Of a stretch of DNA of 64,000 nt, positions 1 to 9,986 are shown in pieces. The position numbers were made by a program, and so were the translations under genes. The stretch lies in the NCBI GenBank assembly GCA_964644695.1, contig CAZXWN010000001.1:642805-706804 (forward strand), in the 5' to 3' direction. This DNA comes from an uncultured bacterium. GTDB lineage: Bacteria; UBP4; UBA4092. Each line of letters starts with the position of its first letter. Position 1 is the first letter of the stretch. The notes beneath the pieces are model-generated. The model searched no databases. It had not been told where the DNA came from and was given only the letters and a program-made list of their open reading frames with translations.

Positions 1-573
1 GCTCCTTTGTATCATCGTTCCACACGCTATGCAGCTCCTGCGCGACAACAAATGGGCATCAGAACTGTATTCAATATCATTGGCCCAATGACAAACCCGG
101 CATTAGCACCTTGTTACATGATGGGTGTTTTTAATCCAGAAATGCCACCAATGATCGCCCAAGTGTTACTAAATCTTGGTGTATATAGGGCACTGGTTGT
201 CCATGGTGTCGATGGTTTAGATGAGATAACCCTTGCAGGCGACACTAAAGTAGCTGAACTATGTAATGGCAAAATAAAAGAATATTACATTGAACCCAGA
301 GACTTTGGATTAACGACTCAATCACTGAACACTATTGTGGGTGGAGATGCACTTCGGAATGCAGAACTTTTTAGAGAAGTGTTAAATGGCAAGTCAGGAC
401 CTCATAGGGATATTGTTTTGATGAATGCTGCTGCGGCAATTCTTGCAGGTGATGGTGCAATAAACCTTCAAGAAGCTTTTAATAAGGCAGCTCAGGCCGT
501 AGATTCTGGTTCCGCTATCAGGTTATTGAATGAATTTATTACCCTTTCTAATAGTACAGGGGACCTTCAATGA
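1..573 (+). CDS. trpD: Anthranilate phosphoribosyltransferase, 5'-truncated by window edge
   Basis: RTVFNIIGPMTNP and VVHGVDGLDEI motifs; frame is open from base 1; directly upstream of trpC. Confidence 0.95.
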   Translation, partial: APLYHRSTRYAAPARQQMGIRTVFNIIGPMTNPALAPCYMMGVFNPEMPPMIAQVLLNLGVYRALVVHGVDGLDEITLAGDTKVAELCNGKIKEYYIEPRDFGLTTQSLNTIVGGDALRNAELFREVLNGKSGPHRDIVLMNAAAAILAGDGAINLQEAFNKAAQAVDSGSAIRLLNEFITLSNSTGDLQ

Positions 574-1361
574 CTTATCTGGATGAAATAATTGCTTATA
601 AGAAAAAAGAAGTTGAAGCCTCCAAAATAAAGATGCCTTTGTCATTTATTCGCGACAAAGTCGAAACAAATAAACCTGTTTTACGGGATTTCAAAAAATC
701 CTTATCACGCCAACAGGGTGAAAAAATCAAACTTATCGCGGAGTTAAAAAAAGCTTCGCCCAGTAAAGGTTTAATTCGGCCGGATTTTGATCCAGTTTCA
801 CTTTCAATGGAGTATTATGAACATGGCGCCAATGCCGTGTCTATATTAACGGATTCTCATTTTTTCCAGGGAAACCTTGGTTATCTGGATGATGTCAGGC
901 AAATAGTTCCTCTACCTTTACTGAGAAAAGACTTCATTGTTGATGAATATCAAGTATGGGAAGCTCTTTACGCTGGTGCAGATGCAATTCTGCTAATAGT
1001 TGCTGCTTTATCTGCTAATAATTTTCAGAAACTTTATAAATTGGCCACGCAGCTTGGATTAAATGTACTAGTTGAAGTTCATACTCCAGAAGAAGCAACC
1101 TTTGCTGAACAGTCAGAGATTGCTATTATGGGTATAAATAACCGCGATTTAAGAACATTTCAGATATCTTTGAATACAACATTTAAAGTTCTGGATATTC
1201 TTAACCGTAAACCAATATTGGTTAGTGAAAGTGGTATCAAAACAGCAAATGACGTCAAAAGAATGTCTGATGCCGGGATTGATGCTCTTTTGATTGGTGA
1301 AACACTAATGCGCTCTGAGCATATTGGATCAACAATTAAGGAATTATGGAGTCTGGTATAA
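570..1361 (+). CDS. trpC: Indole-3-glycerol phosphate synthase
   Basis: IAELKKASPSKG, LLRKDFI, GINNRDL and VSESGI motifs. Confidence 0.97.
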   Translation: MTYLDEIIAYKKKEVEASKIKMPLSFIRDKVETNKPVLRDFKKSLSRQQGEKIKLIAELKKASPSKGLIRPDFDPVSLSMEYYEHGANAVSILTDSHFFQGNLGYLDDVRQIVPLPLLRKDFIVDEYQVWEALYAGADAILLIVAALSANNFQKLYKLATQLGLNVLVEVHTPEEATFAEQSEIAIMGINNRDLRTFQISLNTTFKVLDILNRKPILVSESGIKTANDVKRMSDAGIDALLIGETLMRSEHIGSTIKELWSLV

Positions 1362-1384
1362 CTCTTTTGGAGGATAAGAACGAT

Positions 1385-1999
1385 ATGAGAACACGAATTA
1401 AAATATGTGGCATTACCCGGTCAGAAGATGCTTTATATGCTGCTGAACAGGGGGTGGATGCATTAGGATTCGTATTTTCCAAAAGCCCTAGACGAATTGA
1501 TGCCGACACAGCTAGAGACCTTATTTGGGAGATACCTCCTTTAGTATCTGTTGTGGGTGTTTTCGTTGATGAAACAGATGAAATTGTAAAACATATAGCC
1601 AGACGTTGTCGCTTAAATATGTTGCAATTCCATGGTTCTGAAAAACCCGAATATATCAGCACATTTAATAGAAAAATTATCAAAGCAATTCGTGTACAAT
1701 CAGAAAAGGATTTAGAACAAATCAGTCACTATCATGTTCATGCAATTCTTTTGGATACCTATGTTGATGGTATAAATGGTGGCACAGGAAAGACCTTTGA
1801 TTGGAACCTGGCCATAAAAGCAAAACAATATGGTCGAGTGATATTATCCGGAGGACTAAATCCAGACAATGTTGCAGAAGCCATCCAGAAAGTCAAACCT
1901 TTTGCAGTTGATGTAAGTTCTGGTGTCGAATCTGAGCCAGGAATAAAAGACCATAACAAAATCAAATCATTCATTGAAGCAGTAAACAAAGCAGGTTAA
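1385..1999 (+). CDS. trpF: Phosphoribosylanthranilate isomerase
   Basis: IKICGIT, QFHGSE, GGTGKTFDW, VDVSSGVE; ATG at 1385 follows GGAGGA at 1369-1374. Confidence 0.95.
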   Translation: MRTRIKICGITRSEDALYAAEQGVDALGFVFSKSPRRIDADTARDLIWEIPPLVSVVGVFVDETDEIVKHIARRCRLNMLQFHGSEKPEYISTFNRKIIKAIRVQSEKDLEQISHYHVHAILLDTYVDGINGGTGKTFDWNLAIKAKQYGRVILSGGLNPDNVAEAIQKVKPFAVDVSSGVESEPGIKDHNKIKSFIEAVNKAG

Positions 2000-2003
2000 T
2001 TAA

Positions 2004-3218
2004 ATGGAAAACTATACAACACCTTTATCATCCCATGAATTACCAGACCATAAGGGACATTTTGGCCCTTATGGCGGAAAATTTGCACCAGAAACACTTA
2101 TGCCAGCATTGGAAGAATTGGAGAGAGAATATCGAAAAGCTGCAGCAGATCCAACTTTTCACCAGGAACTCCAGTATCTTTTAAAGGAATATGTTGGTCG
2201 TCCGACCCCTTTATACTATGCTGAACAACTCAGTCGTAAATTAGGTGGCGCCAGAATTTACCTTAAAAGAGAAGACCTTGCCCATACCGGTTCTCACAAA
2301 ATCAACAATACAATTGGACAAGCTTTATTAAGTAAACGAATGGGTAAACCACGTGTAATCGCTGAAACAGGTGCAGGTCAGCATGGAGTAGCAACAGCAA
2401 CCGCCGGTGCTCTTATGAATTTGGAATGTGAAGTTTTCATGGGAGAAGAAGATACTATTCGACAAGCTCTCAATGTTTTTCGCATGAAACTATTGGGAAC
2501 AAAAGTAACTCCAGTCACCTCAGGTTCAAAAACATTGAAGGACGCTATTAACGAAGCTATGCGCGACTGGATTACTAATGTTCACAATACAAACTACATC
2601 TTCGGAACCGTTGCAGGACCTCATCCATTTCCGATGATGGTCCGAGATTTTCAGTCTGTTATCGGATGGGAAACAAAAAATCAAATAATAAAAAAGGAAG
2701 GTCAGTTCCCTGATTTTCTTGTCGCATGTGTTGGTGGTGGTAGTAATTCGATGGGACTGTTCTATCCTTTTTATGATGAGAAAGATGTCGCTTTCATTGG
2801 AGTAGAAGCAGGAGGATTAGGGATAAATACTGTTAAGCATGCAGCGACACTCTGTGCAGGAAAACCAGGTGTTTTACATGGAGCTTACTCTTACCTGCTC
2901 CAAGACAATGATGGCCAAATCCGAGAAACACATTCAATCTCCGCGGGATTAGACTATCCAGGAGTTGGCCCTGAACACTCATATTATAAGGATTCTGAAA
3001 GAGCACAATATGTTTCAGTTACAGATGATGAATGTTTAGAAGCTTTTCAGATGTTGGCTCAAACAGAGGGAATCATTCCAGCATTGGAAAGCTCTCATGC
3101 TTTAGCATATACCATGAAATTAGCCCCAACACTCACCCCAGAACAAATTGTCGTCGTTAATTTGTCAGGGCGCGGAGATAAAGATGTTCAACAAATTGCA
3201 ACTCACTTTAACTTTTGA
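2004..3218 (+). CDS. trpB: Tryptophan synthase beta chain
   Basis: [14 protein letters not shown]-lysine motif, [20 protein letters not shown]. Confidence 0.98.
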   Translation: MENYTTPLSSHELPDHKGHFGPYGGKFAPETLMPALEELEREYRKAAADPTFHQELQYLLKEYVGRPTPLYYAEQLSRKLGGARIYLKREDLAHTGSHKINNTIGQALLSKRMGKPRVIAETGAGQHGVATATAGALMNLECEVFMGEEDTIRQALNVFRMKLLGTKVTPVTSGSKTLKDAINEAMRDWITNVHNTNYIFGTVAGPHPFPMMVRDFQSVIGWETKNQIIKKEGQFPDFLVACVGGGSNSMGLFYPFYDEKDVAFIGVEAGGLGINTVKHAATLCAGKPGVLHGAYSYLLQDNDGQIRETHSISAGLDYPGVGPEHSYYKDSERAQYVSVTDDECLEAFQMLAQTEGIIPALESSHALAYTMKLAPTLTPEQIVVVNLSGRGDKDVQQIATHFNF

Positions 3219-3226
3219 GAATAATC

Positions 3227-4030
3227 ATGAATAGAATAAATAAAGTATTTAACAAATTAAAAGAACTAAACAGACCAGCACTAATAACTTATGTATGCGC
3301 AGGAGATCCAGATTTGGATATAACTTACAGTCTGGTAATGGAGTTAGAAAAAGCTGGAGCAGACATTATTGAATTAGGCATCCCATTCTCTGATCCAATC
3401 GCAGATGGTCCCACAATTCAACGTGCTGCACAAAGAGCTCTATCTTGTGGAACAAATCTTAGCAACATATTAGATATGGTTACTAAATTAAGGGATGTCA
3501 CTCAAATTCCCATAGTATTAATGGGTTATTACAATCCCTTTTTAGCTATGGGCTTAAATGAATTTATTGAGCGGGCTTCCATATCAGGAGTGGATGGATT
3601 AATTGTTCCTGACATACCCCCTGACGAAGCTGATGAAATAATCAAGAAAGCTAAAGAAAAAGAACTATCAACCATTTTCTTATTAGCTCCCACTTCAACA
3701 GAGAGCCGCATAAATCTAGTATCTAGTATAAGTACCGGTTTTATCTATTTTGTTTCAGTTACTGGAGTTACTGGCGCCAGAAATAGCCAAAGCTTTAATA
3801 TTGAAAGATATATTAAAAACATCAAAAGTAAAACGGATAAACCTGTGTGTGTTGGTTTTGGAATTTCAAACGCCACACAGATCCATCAAATTACCCAATA
3901 TGGAGCAGATGGTATTATAGTAGGTAGCGCTTTTGTGAATATAATTGAAGAAAATTTATCCAATCGTGACAAAATTCCACTTTTAATAGGCGGTTTTTGC
4001 CGCTCATTGGTTGATGGACTAAAAAGATAA
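3227..4030 (+). CDS. trpA: Tryptophan synthase alpha chain
   Basis: ELGIPFSDPIADGPTIQ, VTGVTG, VGFGI; ATG at 3227 preferred over TTG at 3215. Confidence 0.97.
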   Translation: MNRINKVFNKLKELNRPALITYVCAGDPDLDITYSLVMELEKAGADIIELGIPFSDPIADGPTIQRAAQRALSCGTNLSNILDMVTKLRDVTQIPIVLMGYYNPFLAMGLNEFIERASISGVDGLIVPDIPPDEADEIIKKAKEKELSTIFLLAPTSTESRINLVSSISTGFIYFVSVTGVTGARNSQSFNIERYIKNIKSKTDKPVCVGFGISNATQIHQITQYGADGIIVGSAFVNIIEENLSNRDKIPLLIGGFCRSLVDGLKR

Positions 4031-4045
4031 GGTAAAATAGCATAT

Positions 4046-4903
4046 ATGTCTTGGTTTAGAAAAAAAGAAGAGTACACAGTCCTCCGCTCTAAAACGATGA
4101 GCAAAAAAGTAGAGATCCCTGAAGGGATGTGGACTCGCTGTGAAAAATGCCAAACAATTCTCTATAACAAGGACCTTGATAATAATTTTCGTGTATGCCC
4201 AAAATGTAGCTTTCACTTTAAATTGTCTCCAGAAGATCGGGTCAGAATCACTGTTGATGAAGGTTCATTCAAACCACTTGATACTGGATTAATATCTACG
4301 GATCCATTGAAATTTCCTGGGTACAAAAGGAAACTCGAAGCCCTTAAAGAAAATAATAATACCCAAGAAGTAATATCAGGCTTAGCAAAAATCGATGGTA
4401 TTCCTGTATCCTTAGCTATAATGGACTTTCGTTTTATTGGTGGATCAATGGGTTCCGTTGTTGGAGAAAAGATAACAAGAACCATTGAACGAGGTGTCGA
4501 AGGGCGAAACCCAGTTATCATTTTTTCGCAGACAGGTGGAGCTCGAATGCATGAAGGTATTCTCTCTTTAATGCAAATGGCAAAAACAAGCTGTGCTGTC
4601 AAAGAATTAAATAAAGCACGAATACCTTATGTTTCTGTTTTAACAGATCCTTCTACTGCAGGCGTAATGGCAAGTTATGCGTCATTGGGTGATGTTATCA
4701 TAGCTGAACCCAATGCATATATTGGATTTGCTGGAGCCAGAGTAATAGAACAAACAATTCGGCAACCATTGCCACCAGGCTTTCAAAAATCAGAGTTTCT
4801 TATAAAGCATGGGATGTTAGATATGGTGGTAGATCGTCGTGATATGAAAAACACCCTATCAAAGTTATTAAGCATGTTTTCTTATAACACATGTGAAACA
4901 TAA
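4046..4903 (+). CDS. accD: Acetyl-CoA carboxylase carboxyltransferase beta subunit
   Basis: CxxC...CxxC zinc finger, GGSMGSVVGEKI, GGARMHEG, GFAGARVIEQTI. Confidence 0.96.
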   Translation: MSWFRKKEEYTVLRSKTMSKKVEIPEGMWTRCEKCQTILYNKDLDNNFRVCPKCSFHFKLSPEDRVRITVDEGSFKPLDTGLISTDPLKFPGYKRKLEALKENNNTQEVISGLAKIDGIPVSLAIMDFRFIGGSMGSVVGEKITRTIERGVEGRNPVIIFSQTGGARMHEGILSLMQMAKTSCAVKELNKARIPYVSVLTDPSTAGVMASYASLGDVIIAEPNAYIGFAGARVIEQTIRQPLPPGFQKSEFLIKHGMLDMVVDRRDMKNTLSKLLSMFSYNTCET

Positions 4904-4955
4904 CAATTACCCACAATTCATCTAATACCACTAATCAATAAAATCTTTAGTTAAA

Positions 4956-4996
4956 AAAATATCCGATAAAACTATTCTTATTTTATCGGATATTTT
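4956..4996. terminator. Bidirectional intrinsic terminator between convergent accD and corrinoid gene
   Basis: 16-bp inverted repeat AAAATATCCGATAAAA / TTTTATCGGATATTTT. Confidence 0.7.
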
Positions 4997-5028
4997 GGGT
5001 TGTTCAAAATCAATTTTCAAAACATAAC

Positions 5029-5715
5029 TTATATTCCTTTCACCCAACCTCCAGAACTAATAAATTGATCAGGATTATTTTGTTGACCAAAAAGATACTT
5101 TATTACTTGTACAGCGGTTGCCGCATCAGGAGCATATGCATCACAACCAATCTCTTCCGCAAACTTGTAGCTAACTGGAGCCCCCCCACACACTAATTTA
5201 ACCTTATCGCGCAAACCTTCTTTCTCTAAGGCCTGAACTACCAACCGAAAATTTACCATAGTGGTAGTTAATAACGCAGACATTCCAACAACAGTTGCTC
5301 CATGTTCTTTCACTATATTTACATATTTTTCAGGAGCATTATTAATTCCTATATCAATAACGGTAACTCCCGCTCCTTCCCACATCATTCCAACAAGATT
5401 TTTCCCAATGTCATGTAAATCACCCTTAATTGTTCCAAGAACTGCAGTACCTATCGGTTTAGCTCCAGTTTTTGTTAGTAAAGGCCGAAGAATCTCCATA
5501 GCAGATTTCATTGCTCTTGCTGATATCAAAACTTCTGGAACATAGATTAAGTTTCTTCTAAATCTATCACCGACCACATCCATTCCCGGTATGAGTCCTT
5601 GATTTAAAATAATTTCAGGAGGAATTCCATCACTTATGGCCTGATTTGTTAAAGAAACACATAGTTCTTGTTGGCCCTTAATTACACTCTCAGATATACC
5701 TTGATAATCTGCCAT
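5029..5715 (-). CDS. Corrinoid (cobalamin-binding) methyltransferase partner protein, MtbC/MttC-like
   Basis: Cap domain (GMDVVGDRF...YVPEVLISARAM) plus B12 motif DLHDIGKNLV...SALLTTT...GGAP; start 5715 follows GGAG. Confidence 0.9.
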   Translation of the reverse strand: MADYQGISESVIKGQQELCVSLTNQAISDGIPPEIILNQGLIPGMDVVGDRFRRNLIYVPEVLISARAMKSAMEILRPLLTKTGAKPIGTAVLGTIKGDLHDIGKNLVGMMWEGAGVTVIDIGINNAPEKYVNIVKEHGATVVGMSALLTTTMVNFRLVVQALEKEGLRDKVKLVCGGAPVSYKFAEEIGCDAYAPDAATAVQVIKYLFGQQNNPDQFISSGGWVKGI

Positions 5716-5796
5716 GTCAGAAATCTCCAAATAGGGTATTATAGGCAATATAAGCACCTAAGTTTTTATCATTTTATCAAACATTGAGGTAAAGAT

Positions 5797-6555
5797 ATGT
5801 TACTGAAAAATAAAGTTGCCATTATTACTGGTTCTAATCGAGGTGTAGGAAGACAAACAGCAGAATTACTATCTAAATATGGTGCTAAAGTAGTAATCAA
5901 TTGTCGACATCATGATTCTGAAGCCGAAGATGTTGTTTCTACCATTCAACAGCAAGGAGGAGAAGCAACATATATAAAAGCCGATACAAGACATCCAGAA
6001 TCTGTTGATCTTTTAATTAGCCAAACTCTAATGTTGTGGAATCGTATAGATATCTTAATTAATAATGCATCAGAGTTTCTCCCCCCTACCACCGTACAAA
6101 ATGCACACTGGGAATATTATGAAAAAGAAATTAACGGTTGTTTAAAACCAGCTTTCTACTGCAGTAGAGCTGTACTGCCTACTATGAAGAAAAATAAGTA
6201 TGGTCGTATTATCAATATCGGAGCGACTCTAATTAATAGACCAGCTAGTGGATATGGTGCTCATACCGCGGCAAAAGCAGCATTACTCGGTTTGACAAAA
6301 ACATTAGCTCGTGAATGTGCCCAAGACAATATCACTGTAAATATGATATCTCCTGGCATGCTTGAAAGTAATTATATAGAAGAACATAATAAAAACTTAG
6401 CTGATTTAATTAGAACAAAAACTCCATTACAAAAACTAGCAACATTAAATGATGTTTCAAATGGAATATTATTTTTTGCATCAGATATGTCTGCGTCAGT
6501 AACTGGAAGTGAACTATCTATTGACGGAGGTTTAAGTTATTTGCATGGAGCATAG
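5797..6555 (+). CDS. Short-chain dehydrogenase/reductase, FabG-like
   Basis: TGSNRGVG, LINNA, VNMISPG and IDGG; catalytic YxxxK appears as HTAAK. Confidence 0.85.
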   Translation: MLLKNKVAIITGSNRGVGRQTAELLSKYGAKVVINCRHHDSEAEDVVSTIQQQGGEATYIKADTRHPESVDLLISQTLMLWNRIDILINNASEFLPPTTVQNAHWEYYEKEINGCLKPAFYCSRAVLPTMKKNKYGRIINIGATLINRPASGYGAHTAAKAALLGLTKTLARECAQDNITVNMISPGMLESNYIEEHNKNLADLIRTKTPLQKLATLNDVSNGILFFASDMSASVTGSELSIDGGLSYLHGA

Positions 6556-7007
6556 CTTTTGGGATTTACTTTATTACTATCTGGCAAGTATTTGTTGGCA
6601 ATAAATGCCAATAAAAGTCTGGGGAGAGCTATACAAATAAAAAACAAGCTAACCACTATAAAATTGGGCGTATTTAGAGTAGCAAATAACAAAGTATCTT
6701 CAGGAATAGCATGGCAAATATTTAAAAAGTCGGATAGAAGTCTTTTATCTTCACCCTCTAATCTACCCTCTTTATTTGATTGGACAATCACACCACTTCC
6801 ATAAGTAATTCCAAATAAAACCCCTATTAATAAAGGAAAAACGGCTGACTTAGAATAACCATATTTCTTCAATACTTTGTAAATACTACTCGAAATATTT
6901 TCTATATAATCATTTTCTTTCGAAAACTCTAATATAATCATTAAGGGTATTATGTAAGAAGCTAATTTTAAAACAAGCAAAAAAGAATCCACAAATAAAT
7001 TTCTCAT
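6537..7007 (-). CDS. Nucleoside-recognition (Gate) domain membrane protein
   Basis: Hydrophobic; GITYGSGVI and ICHAIPED motifs; paired with the adjacent paralog. Confidence 0.65.
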   Translation of the reverse strand: MRNLFVDSFLLVLKLASYIIPLMIILEFSKENDYIENISSSIYKVLKKYGYSKSAVFPLLIGVLFGITYGSGVIVQSNKEGRLEGEDKRLLSDFLNICHAIPEDTLLFATLNTPNFIVVSLFFICIALPRLLLAFIANKYLPDSNKVNPKSYAPCK

Positions 7008-7438
7008 ATTTTACCAATCAGAGAATTCATCATATTTAAGATAAATCCTGCCAAGAGAGATAACACTAACCGAATCAGAAGTGATCTCCAAACAGATATG
7101 CCTATTTGCTTTATAACCGCCACTTCCTGTGGCAAACTATGTGCTATCCCCAACATTATCCCCAAAATAACAATTTGTGTATTCGATAGCATCAACGCGT
7201 GAGCAGCACCAATCGCCGCATATAAGTTAATAGTCCATCCTAATAGCATAACAATAGAGGATTCAGGAGGTAATCCAAAGAGCCCCATATACGGCTCTAA
7301 GAAACCAGTAAGGTTAGTAAGCCAACCAGATTTATGCAATAAAGAAACCAAAATATTAATAGGAACTAAAACAATCGAAAGTTTGAAAATAACAGATATC
7401 CCATTTTTTAAACCTTTTTTAAAAACTATATAATGCAT
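7004..7438 (-). CDS. Nucleoside-recognition (Gate) domain membrane protein
   Basis: EPYMGLFGLP, NLYAAIG, AHSLPQE motifs; 4-bp overlap with the partner gene. Confidence 0.7.
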   Translation of the reverse strand: MHYIVFKKGLKNGISVIFKLSIVLVPINILVSLLHKSGWLTNLTGFLEPYMGLFGLPPESSIVMLLGWTINLYAAIGAAHALMLSNTQIVILGIMLGIAHSLPQEVAVIKQIGISVWRSLLIRLVLSLLAGFILNMMNSLIGKI

Positions 7439-7444
7439 AATCTG

Positions 7445-9832
7445 TTAATCAGTGGCACCCGAAACCAGTATCTTGCGAAAATCAACTGGAAGATAAATAC
7501 TAAAACTACTCCCTTTATCAAGCTCAGACTCAACCATGATTTTGCCATGGTGACCATCCTCAATAATCATTTTACAAATTGGAAGCCCCAATCCTGTTCC
7601 CATCATCCTCAATTTATTAGAATGTGCCTGATGATACTTATCAAATATATGAACAATATCCTCTTTACCGATACCCGATCCTGTATCTATAACCTGTATT
7701 CTAACAGCAGGTTGGCCAATAGTTAATCCATCATCTATAAAATCATAGAATACGGAATCCATTACAACGGTAATAGAACCATACTCAGGAGTAAACTTCA
7801 CGGCATTATTCAACAAATTTCCAAACACCTGATACAACCATTCATTGTCACCATATAACTCAATTGGTTGATCTGATATATTTATTTTTAAAACTATTGA
7901 TTTTCTACTAATAATCGGCCTATAGGAATCTATGCAACGAATTAGTATATCTTTCAAATTTACAACTCTCATTTGAAAGCTAATTTTCCCAGATTCCAAT
8001 TTTGCCATTTGTAGAAAATCATCGACCAACCGATTTAATCGAATAGCATTCTGGGAAATAATCTCCAACAACTTCTGTTGTTCAGTAGATAAAGACACAT
8101 TGGAATCCTGCGTTAATGCCTCAGCAGCACCTCTTAGGGCGGTTAATGGAGTACGAATCTCATGTGACATAAATGAATAATATTCTGATTTCAGGCCATC
8201 AATTTCTTTTAGTTTTTCAGTCATATTATTAAAGATTTGTGAAAGCTCTGACAATTCATCTCCAGATTCTGAAGGAACTTTAACATCCAAATTACCATGA
8301 GCCACTTCTTTAGCAGCATATCCAAGTGACACAATAGATCGGGTTAATGTTGCAGATAATCTTGAACCCAACCACCATGCCAAGAGCGTAACAGGAACAA
8401 TTATTATTATCAGGAGTATCAGAATTTCTGTTTTACGGAATTCATAATCATCCGCTGATATACCAGTCATAATTGCACCTTGAATATTCCTTTGTGGACC
8501 AAAAACGGGTACCAGACTAATATAAAAAGGTTGCTTTAAAAAGGTTATTTCATCAGTTAATGGCTCTTTTGAAAGGTATAGTTTGTCTAAGATTTTGCTC
8601 ATCAAATAATCTTGAGCAATATCAAGACGTTGCTTTTTAGTTAGTGGTTGGCTTGAAGCAATTATACTGTTATTACTGAACAAGTATGCATCAAGCTGTA
8701 GGTTTTTCTTAAGTTTAATAAAATAGCTATCATCCACAGTTAATCCGGTGAGTACTATACCAACTAATTTATCATTTTGATAAACAGGTGCAGCTCCAAC
8801 AATATCAATATTAGTTATAAAACGCTCAACTAATGCAACAACATTTTGACCACTGAAAGCACGTTCATATAACCAAGGTTCTATTGAAACAGTATCCAAT
8901 TCTCTTCCATCCGACGATAGACCGTTAACCACAACACCATATTGATCAACGAATATCGCAAAACTCATTCCCGTTTCTATTAGTATTTGGTGAATTTCAT
9001 CAACAGAAACAGTTTTTTTCTTATTTGTTTTCGAAAAGACATTGATAACATATTGATTACCACTAATAATCTGTGATGCACTTAAAACTTGTTGTTTATC
9101 TTTTTCCAAATAATCTTGAATACTCTTTGAATCCCTGGCTACAGTTTGTATTGATATTTGTTGGACATTGTACAAAATCAAAACAGCCATAGGCATGATT
9201 ACCATCATAACTGTCAACAGAACTAAACCCCTTAAAACAACTTGCATTTTATCGACAAATCGTAACCTGGGATATTTTAGAAATACCCAAGAAAGCATAC
9301 CAATGCCAATTACTCTGCTTAAATGACCCAAATACCAAAACAAATGTCCCTGCGGAAATATTGAAAAAATAAACTCACTAACAGTTATTAAACCAAAAGC
9401 CCAAGGCATAATATGAGACACATAATTACGAACGATTCGCCCTCTACTCCATGCATAGACAGTAATAACAAGACATAATAATCCACTCATCAAATTGGAA
9501 AATAATGATATTCCACTTACGGGATATAACACATGATTAGTTCGCGAATTACGTAATTGATTTAAATCATACCGTTGAAAAGCCAGAAGGATTAATAAAT
9601 AACCCGTTAATTTACACCAAATCATTGATACTTGAGACCAAGACATATCATTTAAATTAAAGGCATGTATTACTCCACTTATCCCCAATAGAAGAAATCC
9701 AAAAGAATAGAAGACCATAGCCAAACGGCGATTACGTAAATAGAGCTGCCAAGAGACATGTGATATTGCAAAACACATCAGAAAGCATAGGAACTCAAGA
9801 CCAAAGTGTAGTAAAGAAAGATATCCACTCAT
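7445..9832 (-). CDS. Sensor histidine kinase (multi-TM N-terminus, Cache-like, HAMP, HisKA, HATPase)
   Basis: SHEIRTPL H-box, NLLNNAVKF N-box, DTGSGI, GTGLGL; HAMP motif DELSELSQIFN. Confidence 0.92.
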   Translation of the reverse strand: MSGYLSLLHFGLEFLCFLMCFAISHVSWQLYLRNRRLAMVFYSFGFLLLGISGVIHAFNLNDMSWSQVSMIWCKLTGYLLILLAFQRYDLNQLRNSRTNHVLYPVSGISLFSNLMSGLLCLVITVYAWSRGRIVRNYVSHIMPWAFGLITVSEFIFSIFPQGHLFWYLGHLSRVIGIGMLSWVFLKYPRLRFVDKMQVVLRGLVLLTVMMVIMPMAVLILYNVQQISIQTVARDSKSIQDYLEKDKQQVLSASQIISGNQYVINVFSKTNKKKTVSVDEIHQILIETGMSFAIFVDQYGVVVNGLSSDGRELDTVSIEPWLYERAFSGQNVVALVERFITNIDIVGAAPVYQNDKLVGIVLTGLTVDDSYFIKLKKNLQLDAYLFSNNSIIASSQPLTKKQRLDIAQDYLMSKILDKLYLSKEPLTDEITFLKQPFYISLVPVFGPQRNIQGAIMTGISADDYEFRKTEILILLIIIIVPVTLLAWWLGSRLSATLTRSIVSLGYAAKEVAHGNLDVKVPSESGDELSELSQIFNNMTEKLKEIDGLKSEYYSFMSHEIRTPLTALRGAAEALTQDSNVSLSTEQQKLLEIISQNAIRLNRLVDDFLQMAKLESGKISFQMRVVNLKDILIRCIDSYRPIISRKSIVLKINISDQPIELYGDNEWLYQVFGNLLNNAVKFTPEYGSITVVMDSVFYDFIDDGLTIGQPAVRIQVIDTGSGIGKEDIVHIFDKYHQAHSNKLRMMGTGLGLPICKMIIEDGHHGKIMVESELDKGSSFSIYLPVDFRKILVSGATD

Positions 9833-9867
9833 TTAAATAATATATCCAGTGAAAATAAAAACGAACA

Positions 9868-9903
9868 AGGATGACCCTTACTTACATAAATAAAGGTCAT
9901 CCT
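9868..9903 (-). terminator. Hairpin downstream of the redox operon
   Basis: AGGATGACC / GGTCATCCT stem, followed by a T-rich run on the minus strand. Confidence 0.45.
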
Positions 9904-9986
9904 CATAATATTTACCTTACTAAGGCATATATAATCCACTCTAATATTATATGCATTTCCAGTTAATAAGACATAAAAAAGAAATT

